Origin: Alphaproteobacteria bacterium
Lineage (GTDB): Bacteria > Pseudomonadota > Alphaproteobacteria > Rs-D84
Direction: 5' to 3'
Assembly (NCBI GenBank): GCA_017513285.1
Contig: JAFXGD010000046.1
Span: forward strand, 1 to 58,296
Length of the DNA: 58,296 nucleotides
The notes under the pieces were generated by a model. The model made no database searches, was not told the DNA's origin, and saw only the letters and a program-made list of their open reading frames with translations. This document shows positions 46,262-53,953 of the stretch, in pieces. A program made the position numbers and the translations under genes. How positions within the stretch are numbered: the first letter of the stretch is position 1; the number at the start of each line of letters is the position of its first letter.

Positions 46262-46858
46262 ATGTTTAAAAAAATAAAAAGTGCATACAAACATATTCGC
46301 AATCTGATTGTGAATCCAAAACGCTATTTTACCAAAATTGTCGCAGACGGCAATATGGAAGAGGCTATGTTAAAAGCGTTCCTGTATGGTTTGTTGGGCG
46401 GGTGCTTGGTTTTATTGATACGTTTATTGGGTGGCGCAACAATTACATTGGGTTCGATTTTCACGGCAATTATAATTGTGCCTGTGTTGGCGGTGGCATT
46501 GCTGTTTGTGATGGGTGGATTGATGATGTTGGTATCTGAAATCACCGGTGGCGAACGTGATTGGGAAATTGCAATCAAAGGATTGGCGTCTGTATTCTTT
46601 ATTTATCCTGTTATATTGGTTTTGAATGCGCTGGCATTTAATTGCACGTCCATGTGGGTAATCAGTTTATTGGTTGATATTTATATCTTGTTCTTGTTTT
46701 ATAACATATCGCTGTATTGCATGCGTGGCAAGCGTGGCAATATCTTGGTTGTGATTGGCATATTGGCGTTGTTTATGGTCACCGTATACGCCACAGATTA
46801 TCGCTTTGGCTGGTTCATGTTAAAGAATACCGGTGCGGCATTGGCGTGCTTGCTGTAA
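46262..46858 (+). CDS. Yip1-like multi-pass membrane protein
   Basis: 198 aa with five hydrophobic helices after a short cytosolic N-terminus. Family call is tentative. Confidence 0.45.
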   Translation: MFKKIKSAYKHIRNLIVNPKRYFTKIVADGNMEEAMLKAFLYGLLGGCLVLLIRLLGGATITLGSIFTAIIIVPVLAVALLFVMGGLMMLVSEITGGERDWEIAIKGLASVFFIYPVILVLNALAFNCTSMWVISLLVDIYILFLFYNISLYCMRGKRGNILVVIGILALFMVTVYATDYRFGWFMLKNTGAALACLL

Positions 46859-46860
46859 TA

Positions 46861-46899
46861 TAAATGTTATAAAAACACCGGCATTTGCCGGTGTTTTTA
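46861..46899. terminator. Bidirectional intrinsic terminator (repeat family)
   Basis: TAAATGTTATAAAAACACCGGCATTTGCCGGTGTTTTTAT. Confidence 0.7.
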
Positions 46900-47760
46900 T
46901 TTGTTCAATTTGCCGTGCATTTGGCGCAGTGTCGGGATGTCGATTCCCAAATCTTTTGCCCGTTCAACCAATCCGGCCAATGCAAATATTCCTTCGACTG
47001 TGCCTTCGGGTTCTTTGCCTTGTGCAATTGCGACGCCGCCTGAAAAATTACGACTGGTCCCAGACGTTGCGGACAAAAACAGGTCCCCTATTCCGCACAA
47101 TCCCGAAAAAGTTCTTAATTTTGCCCCTGCGGCCAAACCGATTTCAATTATTTCGTTCCATGCACGTGTAAATATCATTGCGCGTTCGTTTTCGCCACGA
47201 ATTGCCACGCTGTTATATCCGCATATCAAAGCCATTGCGTTTTTGCCAACACCACAGAATTGGGTGCCGATTATATCGTCTGATTCTTCGATAAACAATT
47301 TGTTAAACGCATCCCGTGCCATTGTTCGTGCCATTGTGGTTCCGGCGATGGTTGTGCCTGTGGGAACGCCTGTGGCGACCTCTTCTGCGAATTGTGGACC
47401 GGACAGTGCGCCATATTCCACGCATTCTGGAATCTGTGTTGTCAGAATTTCAGACATGAATTGTTTTGATTTTGGATCCATTCCTTTGGTGCATATTATA
47501 ATTGGTTGTCCGTCATAGACATTTCGTGCTTTTTGCATGGTTTCTGCAAAGAATGCAGCCGGCGTAACAACGCACCATAAATCGGCTTTTTTTACATGTT
47601 CCATATCTGAAACGATTGCTAAATTACTGGGCATTTTTACACCGTCAAAGTGTTTGTATTCGCCATCATATGACCACAGTGTTACGTCTGCCCCGCCCTG
47701 GGCGATAATAATGGCCAATGCAGTACCCCATGCACCGGCCCCTATAACTGCGACTTTCAT
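46897..47760 (-). CDS. gpsA: NAD(P)H-dependent glycerol-3-phosphate dehydrogenase
   Basis: MKVAVIGAGAWGTALA Rossmann start and a conserved C-terminal GpsA core. At 287 aa it is shorter than usual. Confidence 0.88.
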   Translation of the reverse strand: MKVAVIGAGAWGTALAIIIAQGGADVTLWSYDGEYKHFDGVKMPSNLAIVSDMEHVKKADLWCVVTPAAFFAETMQKARNVYDGQPIIICTKGMDPKSKQFMSEILTTQIPECVEYGALSGPQFAEEVATGVPTGTTIAGTTMARTMARDAFNKLFIEESDDIIGTQFCGVGKNAMALICGYNSVAIRGENERAMIFTRAWNEIIEIGLAAGAKLRTFSGLCGIGDLFLSATSGTSRNFSGGVAIAQGKEPEGTVEGIFALAGLVERAKDLGIDIPTLRQMHGKLNK

Positions 47761-49373
47761 TTTAATTTCCTTATTTTTTGTTCGATTTTTGGCACGATAA
47801 CAAACCCATCGTCTGCCAATTCAATTGCGCGCATGTATGTTTGTTTTGCTTTTTCCACATCGCCCATATTCACATATACATCCCCCATATGTTCAAATAC
47901 AGATGAACACGTTCCGGCAACAGACGCCACCCTTTCAAAGATTTCCAATGCGGGGATATCGCCTTCACGAACGGCGACGACGCATCCCAAAGTATCCCAT
48001 GCCAAAATATCGGTTGGGGATTTTGTGACCAATGCCATTGCGTAATCGTATGCGTCTTCGATATTTCGATTTTGCACGGCCCATATTTTTGCCTGCAGTG
48101 CGAATATTTCTGGGTCGGACCCCAACACTTTTGCGGCTTGCTTTAAATCGGATTGTGCTTTTTTTATATCGCCAAACGTAAAGTAAATATGCGCACGGTT
48201 TTTCAAGAAAAACGCCCTGCCCGCTTCATCTAACTGCTTGTTATCTATTGCGTTGTTTATTACACGCAGTGCCGCCCGCTTGTTGCCATTTTTGATGTGC
48301 TGTGCGGTGATTTTATTTACCGCCGGTACGAACAGCGGATGGCGTTTCAACGCCTCTTCCAACATGGTCATATCTTTGGTTTTTTCTGTAATGCGCATAA
48401 TTGCGAACAGATAAAACGGGCTGCTTTCCGGGATTTTTTTGAAATAATCAACAAAGTTATTTTGGTTGTTATACATAAACTGACCTATGTAATAGTCCAA
48501 TGTATTATTAACCCTGGTAAAATTTGGTGCAGTAATTTGTGCGAATCTTAACATGACCAACGCTAAATCAGTATACATCAGAATTTGTGTATGTGACACA
48601 TTTTGAATTATGCTGAACGCCAATTGGTTATTTGTGCCGGCGTACGTATCCCATGTGGGTGGTGTTGCCATGTCTTTCATAAACATGCCCCCCGGCAAAG
48701 ATGTAAAATCTGCCTTTAAAGTATCGGCATTTGCCGGCATATCATGATGTGTATAAAATGACATCATATACAGGTAATCATTAATATTTAAAAACGTTGT
48801 TTGTACTGCATCAAAATGTTTTGTTGCGTTTTCTATATCGCCCATTTCGATATAGATTTGTCCCTTTACAAAGTTTTTCCAATCAACGCTGGTGCGCATA
48901 TCGTCGATAAATTTCAATGCATCTGTGTGCGATTTATTTGCGACCAATCCCCATATGCGCAAAGGTGCGCTGAATGCGCTGTCATCGGATTTGTGTCTGT
49001 TGTAAAAATCTTTCCACTTGTTATTTCGGACAAGGTATGCATCATAAATATACCGTGCGGTCATATTTTTTTCGTCTTTCAAAGTGGCGGCGTGTTCGGG
49101 TAATCGACCGCTTAAAAAGTCTGATAACATAATTGTGTTTTGCACGGATGTGTATTCTGTGTTGCCTAACTTTTGTGCAAATTCGACGGCATTATTGAAA
49201 TCGTTGACGTGAATTGCGTGTTGTGCCGCCAAAAAGTTTCCGTATTCTGTATCCGGGATTTTGTGTGTTAACTGTTCTGGTTTATGGTTTGGGGCGTACC
49301 AAATTCCCACACCTGTGGCAATAATGGCTGCAAATAAACCGAATGTAATAAATATGCTTTCTATTTTTCTCAT
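47757..49373 (-). CDS. TPR-repeat protein with an N-terminal membrane anchor
   Basis: Start set to ATG 49373 (MRKIESIFITFGLFAAII) to avoid overlapping rsmG. Multiple TPR-like A..Y...G....A repeats. Confidence 0.6.
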   Translation of the reverse strand: MRKIESIFITFGLFAAIIATGVGIWYAPNHKPEQLTHKIPDTEYGNFLAAQHAIHVNDFNNAVEFAQKLGNTEYTSVQNTIMLSDFLSGRLPEHAATLKDEKNMTARYIYDAYLVRNNKWKDFYNRHKSDDSAFSAPLRIWGLVANKSHTDALKFIDDMRTSVDWKNFVKGQIYIEMGDIENATKHFDAVQTTFLNINDYLYMMSFYTHHDMPANADTLKADFTSLPGGMFMKDMATPPTWDTYAGTNNQLAFSIIQNVSHTQILMYTDLALVMLRFAQITAPNFTRVNNTLDYYIGQFMYNNQNNFVDYFKKIPESSPFYLFAIMRITEKTKDMTMLEEALKRHPLFVPAVNKITAQHIKNGNKRAALRVINNAIDNKQLDEAGRAFFLKNRAHIYFTFGDIKKAQSDLKQAAKVLGSDPEIFALQAKIWAVQNRNIEDAYDYAMALVTKSPTDILAWDTLGCVVAVREGDIPALEIFERVASVAGTCSSVFEHMGDVYVNMGDVEKAKQTYMRAIELADDGFVIVPKIEQKIRKLK

Positions 49374-49394
49374 GGTTATGTTAGAATACCCCTT

Positions 49395-49955
49395 ATGAGC
49401 AATAAAGTCAAATTTGAACGTTATGCACAGTTGTTGCGTGAATGGTCCGAACGCATGAATTTGGTCGCCCCCAGCACGCTGTGTGACATAGAAAACCGTC
49501 ATTTTGCCGATTCTGCGCAATTGGCGGATGTTTTGCCACGTGATACGGCGATTGTTGATTTGGGCAGTGGTGCCGGCTTTCCTGGGGTTGTTTTGGCGAT
49601 TTTGGGCTGGCGTGTGACATGTATCGAATCGATTGGTAAAAAAGTCGCCTTTTTAAATGCGGTCAAAGCAGAATTGGGGTTGGATAACCTGACAATTTAT
49701 CATGGTCGTGTCGAAGAATATGTCCGGCATTTGCCGGCAAAAAACGATGATTTTGTGTTCACGTCACGTGCGTTTGCGTCACTGACCAAGATAATGGATT
49801 ATGTTGCGCATACAAAACGCCGGCTTTTTTTACTAAAAGGCCGGGAAATACCGGCCGAAGTTGAACAGGCAAAACTTAAATATAAATTTGAATATGAATT
49901 AATTCCATCAAAGACGGGTGATGGTTTTATAATAATTGTGCATTTTGGCCGGTGA
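49395..49955 (+). CDS. rsmG: 16S rRNA (guanine527-N7)-methyltransferase
   Basis: 186 aa with the SAM motif DLGSGAGFPG. Upstream of parAB. Confidence 0.88.
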   Translation: MSNKVKFERYAQLLREWSERMNLVAPSTLCDIENRHFADSAQLADVLPRDTAIVDLGSGAGFPGVVLAILGWRVTCIESIGKKVAFLNAVKAELGLDNLTIYHGRVEEYVRHLPAKNDDFVFTSRAFASLTKIMDYVAHTKRRLFLLKGREIPAEVEQAKLKYKFEYELIPSKTGDGFIIIVHFGR

Positions 49956-50004
49956 TTTCATATGAAATAACGGTTAACTTATTGAAAATTGTGCATTAAA
50001 TAAA

Positions 50005-50040
50005 AATGTTAAAAAAAGCCGGCAAATGCCGGTGTTTTTT
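50005..50040. terminator. Intrinsic terminator (repeat family)
   Basis: AATGTTAAAAAAAGCCGGCAAATGCCGGTGTTTTTT. Confidence 0.7.
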
Positions 50041-50060
50041 ATATTTTTTGTGGCGGGTGT

Positions 50061-50076
50061 TGTTTCATGTGAAATA
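50061..50076. promoter_or_regulatory. parS-like centromere site
   Basis: TGTTTCATGTGAAATA matches TGTTTCACGTGAAACA at 14 of 16 positions, 113 nt upstream of parA. A weaker relative, GATTTCATATGAAATA, lies at 49954-49969. Confidence 0.5.
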
Positions 50077-50188
50077 AAAAATAATATGTTGTTTTTACTA
50101 TGTTTTGTTTTGTGTATATTTTAATCTCTTGACCGAATCGATTGGTTTTTATAACCTGCGTTATGAAATATGTAATGGAAAGGGTGAA

Positions 50189-50971
50189 ATGGTACAAATA
50201 ATCGCATTTGCAAATCAAAAGGGCGGGGTGGGTAAAACCACGACCGCAATTAATATTGGTGCATCCTTGGCGGCAATAAAAAAACGTGTATTGTTAATAG
50301 ATTTGGACCAACAAGGTAATGCGGGTACGGGGCTGGGCTTTCGTCGTGCGGCGCATCCGCAAAGTGTTTATGGTGTTATTATGGGAACGGCAAATGCGGC
50401 GGATAATATTTTAACAACCGCCGTCAAAGGTTTGCATCTGTTGCCATCGTCTCAGGCTTTGGCCGGTGCGGATATTGATTTGTTGGATATGCCAAATCGT
50501 GAATATCGTCTGCGTGATGCATTGGTGCCAATTATGGATTATTACGATTATATATTGTTGGATTGTCCGCCTGCATTGGGTTATTTGACCATAAATGCAT
50601 TGGCGGCGGCCGATTCGGTTATTGTGCCACTTCAGTGTGAATTTTTTGCACTGGAAGGGGTGCAACAGTTAACTGATACGATATCTGTGGTCAAAGAACG
50701 TTGGAATCCACGCTTGGGGATTTTGGGTGTATTGTTAACCATGTACGATCGTCGTTATGGTGTCACACGTGCGGTTGACGAAGATGTTCGTGCGACCTTT
50801 GGCGATATTGTGTTTAAAACGGTTGTTCCACGTAATGTACGTGTATCCGAAGCGCCCAGTCATGGGATGCCTGCAATGTTTTACGATTTTAATTCTTCGG
50901 GGGCCCAGGCATACAGATGTGTTGCCACCGAAGTTGTTCAAAGAACCAAAGGTGATATAGATGTCGAATAA
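50189..50971 (+). CDS. parA: Chromosome partitioning ATPase ParA
   Basis: Deviant Walker A KGGVGKTT. Start set to ATG 50189 with a GGAAAGGG SD. Confidence 0.93.
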   Translation: MVQIIAFANQKGGVGKTTTAINIGASLAAIKKRVLLIDLDQQGNAGTGLGFRRAAHPQSVYGVIMGTANAADNILTTAVKGLHLLPSSQALAGADIDLLDMPNREYRLRDALVPIMDYYDYILLDCPPALGYLTINALAAADSVIVPLQCEFFALEGVQQLTDTISVVKERWNPRLGILGVLLTMYDRRYGVTRAVDEDVRATFGDIVFKTVVPRNVRVSEAPSHGMPAMFYDFNSSGAQAYRCVATEVVQRTKGDIDVE

Positions 50972-51842
50972 GAAATTTGGATTGGGTCGTGGTTTGGCGG
51001 ATTTAACTGCGGCACGTGGTACGATACCGGATATATCGTTGTTAACGCCGACGGAACGTGTTGTTGTTCGGCGCATTCCTTTGTCGCAAATTGGCGCAAA
51101 TCCGGACCAGCCACGCAAAACATTCACAGAATCTGAATTGGCGGATTTGGCGTCATCAATCAAAGAGCAGGGCGTTCTGCAACCCATATTATTACGCAAT
51201 GTCACGGGGCGGCCATATATGTACGAAATTGTTGCGGGCGAACGCAGGTTTCGTGCATCAAAAATGGCGGGGCTGACAGATATTCCGGCATTGGTAAAGT
51301 CTATGGACGACAATAATGCCCGGGAAATTGCTTTGATTGAAAATGTTCAACGTGAAAATTTAAATCCCATTGAAGAAGCCAATGCGTATAAAAACCTGAT
51401 GGAGTGTTGTGATTATGAATTGGATGATGTGTCCCGTTTGATTGGCAAATCGGTCAGTTATATTCGCAATATGTTGCGATTGACGTCTTTGCCGGAATCG
51501 GTTCAAACCATGGTCGGGCAGGGGGATTTATCTGCATCGCACGCCCGTACGATTGCGGTTGCAGAAAACCCCGAAGATTTGGCGCATAAAATAATTGCGG
51601 AAAAACTGTCTGTTGCGGCAACTGAAAAAATGGTAAAGTCGGCACCACGTTCAAAAACGACCCGTCAACGCAGTCACAGTGGTGTTGATTCTGACACTTT
51701 GCATCAGTTAGAAGGCCGTATAAAAACCGCATTGGGCGTACCTGTTAAGATTACAGAACGTCGTGGCGGGGCAGGGCAGATTATATTGTCTTTTGCCACC
51801 CGACCACAAATGTATGAATTGGTTGACAGGTTAACCAAATAA
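50961..51842 (+). CDS. parB: Chromosome partitioning protein ParB
   Basis: ParB box (GERRFRA...), LIENVQRENLNPIEEA and an HTH. Overlaps the parA stop. Confidence 0.93.
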   Translation: MSNKKFGLGRGLADLTAARGTIPDISLLTPTERVVVRRIPLSQIGANPDQPRKTFTESELADLASSIKEQGVLQPILLRNVTGRPYMYEIVAGERRFRASKMAGLTDIPALVKSMDDNNAREIALIENVQRENLNPIEEANAYKNLMECCDYELDDVSRLIGKSVSYIRNMLRLTSLPESVQTMVGQGDLSASHARTIAVAENPEDLAHKIIAEKLSVAATEKMVKSAPRSKTTRQRSHSGVDSDTLHQLEGRIKTALGVPVKITERRGGAGQIILSFATRPQMYELVDRLTK

Positions 51843-51877
51843 AAATGTTAAAAAAGGCCGGCAAATGCCGGCATTTT
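51843..51877. terminator. Intrinsic terminator (repeat family)
   Basis: AAATGTTAAAAAAGGCCGGCAAATGCCGGCATTTTT. Confidence 0.65.
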
Positions 51878-51907
51878 TATTGATTTGTGATTGTGGTTTT
51901 ATGAATA

Positions 51908-51939
51908 TAAAAAAAACACCGGCATTTGCCGGTGTTTTT
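51908..51939. terminator. Intrinsic terminator (repeat family, second tandem copy)
   Basis: AAAAAAAACACCGGCATTTGCCGGTGTTTTT. Confidence 0.65.
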
Positions 51940-51954
51940 GATGCTTTTCAACAA

Positions 51955-52371
51955 TTATTTAACTGTTGTTGTTGCATTACGGTTCCATTTCCATACTTCT
52001 TCACCGGAACCCTGAACCAATGGGCGTTCTTTACCATAAGAGATGGTCGAAATACGTTTTGCGCAAACGCCGTCTTTGACCAAAACTTCTTTGGCTGCAT
52101 TGGCACGACGTGCGCCCAATGCCAAGTTGTATTCTGTTGAACCACGTTCGTCACAGTTACCTGCGATTTGGATTTTAACATCTTCGTGGTTTTTCATGTA
52201 TAATGCTTGGCCCAACAAGTTGTTTTTTGCTTCTTCAGAAATTTCAGAAGAATTAAAGCCAAAGAATACACGTTGTTCGTTCAAGTCAGCAGGTTCAACA
52301 ATAGAAGAACCGCCACACGCTGCCAACAGGCCTGCAACACCCGCCAACAAAGCAAAGTTTTTTATTTTCAT
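51955..52371 (-). CDS. pal: Peptidoglycan-associated lipoprotein (OmpA-like)
   Basis: Lipobox LLAAC and an OmpA C-terminal domain (CDERGSTEYNLALGARRA). Confidence 0.9.
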   Translation of the reverse strand: MKIKNFALLAGVAGLLAACGGSSIVEPADLNEQRVFFGFNSSEISEEAKNNLLGQALYMKNHEDVKIQIAGNCDERGSTEYNLALGARRANAAKEVLVKDGVCAKRISTISYGKERPLVQGSGEEVWKWNRNATTTVK

Positions 52372-52408
52372 GAAAATACTCCCTTGAGTTTCTGTTACTC
52401 ATGGGCTA

Positions 52409-53230
52409 TTGTACAACAAAAGGTTTGAATTATCAAGGAAAAACAAAATGTCATGTGATGGATTGCGGGATTTAGATTTGGCGGGTGTGCGTTGGGAAAT
52501 AACCGACCGACCTTTGATGGCGCCGGCGCCCGTGGCGGATACGTCTGATGTACCACCCGTGCGCAGTGATTCTGCGTCTGTTATTGCGGAATTGGGGCGT
52601 GGTGCGCCATCTGTTGTGCCGCCGATTGCGCCAACTGTTGCGGTGTCATTGGACACTGTGCGTGCGATGGCGGCCCGTCCATCAGATATGGCGACGCTAA
52701 ATCGCATGATTGGTGAATTTAATCACCCGTTGCGCAATACGGCGACAAATACGGTTTTGCCACACGTGGGGCAGGGCGCTTTGACAATCGTGACCGATAT
52801 CCCATCATCTGATGACGATGCGACGGGGAATATACTGTCGGGGCCGGCCGGCGAATTATTGGATAAAATGTTGTTGGCGGTTGGTATGTCCCGTTCTGAT
52901 GTGTCGATTATTCCCATGGTGTTTTGGCGTACCCCCGGTGGTCGCACCCCCACACGTGAAGAATTGGATATGTCACGTCCATTCATAGACCGTGCGTTAT
53001 CGCTGTTATCGCCACGTGTTATTTTGACGTTGGGTACATTGCCTGCGATGGAATTGGCGGGTATAAACTTGGCGAAATCGCATGGCGAACCCGTGCCGAT
53101 GCCAGGTATGCCGGATGCAACATTGATTCCGATTTTTCATCCAAATTATTTGATATTAAAGCCTGCGGCCAAGCGTGACGTTTGGAATGCGTTGCAAAAC
53201 ATGCAAAATATCTTGAAAAGTCACGAATAA
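52409..53230 (+). CDS. Uracil-DNA glycosylase family-4-like protein with degenerate motifs
   Basis: The C-terminal 170 aa align by eye to family-4 UDG (AGELLDKML, FWRTPGGRTPT, HPNYLIL). GEAPG is replaced by TDIPS and the Fe-S cysteines are absent. The true start may be the Met at about 52448. Confidence 0.55.
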   Translation: MYNKRFELSRKNKMSCDGLRDLDLAGVRWEITDRPLMAPAPVADTSDVPPVRSDSASVIAELGRGAPSVVPPIAPTVAVSLDTVRAMAARPSDMATLNRMIGEFNHPLRNTATNTVLPHVGQGALTIVTDIPSSDDDATGNILSGPAGELLDKMLLAVGMSRSDVSIIPMVFWRTPGGRTPTREELDMSRPFIDRALSLLSPRVILTLGTLPAMELAGINLAKSHGEPVPMPGMPDATLIPIFHPNYLILKPAAKRDVWNALQNMQNILKSHE

Positions 53231-53269
53231 TAGTTAATAATTCGCATATGCTTAACAAAGGAGCCGAAC

Positions 53270-53821
53270 ATTAAACCCGTAATAAATCGTGATAATCGTC
53301 GTGACACAGGTCCACGTATGAACAACAAAATTTTTGCCAAATCTGTCCAGGTAATCAGTGCCGACGGTCAGAATTTGGGCATTATGCCGACATCTGCAGC
53401 GTTGCAGTTGGCCATGGACCAAGGCTTGGATTTGGTTGAAATGAACGCCAATGGCGCCACCCCAATTACCAAGATTATGGATTATGGTAAATTCAAATAC
53501 GAACAAAAGAAACGTGCATCCGAAGCCCGCAAGAACCAAAAAACGACCGAAATGAAAGAAGTTTGGATAAAACCTTTCATCGAAGAAAATGATTTGAACA
53601 TCAAATTAAAGAAAGTTTTTGAATTTTTGGCCGAAGGCAACAAAGTAAAAATATCTGTCATGACCAAAGGTTCAAAAAAAGTTTTGGCCCGTGGCAAAGA
53701 TGCGGTGCCGGAATTATTTGCCCGTGTATTGGAAATTATTGGCGATCGTGGTAATTTGGAATCGAAATCAAAGCCCGACGAACGCACAAAATCGATTATA
53801 ATTGCGCCTGTAAAGCAATAA
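53270..53821 (+). CDS. infC: Translation initiation factor IF-3 (probable AUU start)
   Basis: IF-3 core from RMNNKIFAKSVQVISADGQNLG onward. An in-frame ATT at 53270 lies 6 nt after AAAGGAG, with no stop codon before ATG 53318. Confidence 0.85.
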   Translation: MKPVINRDNRRDTGPRMNNKIFAKSVQVISADGQNLGIMPTSAALQLAMDQGLDLVEMNANGATPITKIMDYGKFKYEQKKRASEARKNQKTTEMKEVWIKPFIEENDLNIKLKKVFEFLAEGNKVKISVMTKGSKKVLARGKDAVPELFARVLEIIGDRGNLESKSKPDERTKSIIIAPVKQ

Positions 53822-53836
53822 GATTGATTCATGTAT

Positions 53837-53860
53837 AAATCCGCCAACCGGCGGATTTTT
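53837..53860 (+). terminator. Intrinsic terminator after infC
   Basis: ATCCGCC-AACC-GGCGGAT followed by TTTTT. Confidence 0.7.
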
Positions 53861-53916
53861 ATTGTTCTGTGTCGACCTATGGCGTCACCAATGATATATA
53901 AACATCGTACGCATAA

Positions 53917-53946
53917 TAAAAATCCCCCAAATGGGGGATTTATTTT
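53917..53946 (-). terminator. Intrinsic terminator after ppdK
   Basis: AATCCCCC-AAAT-GGGGGATT with an A-run on the plus strand. Confidence 0.7.
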
Positions 53947-53953
53947 GCGTCGT

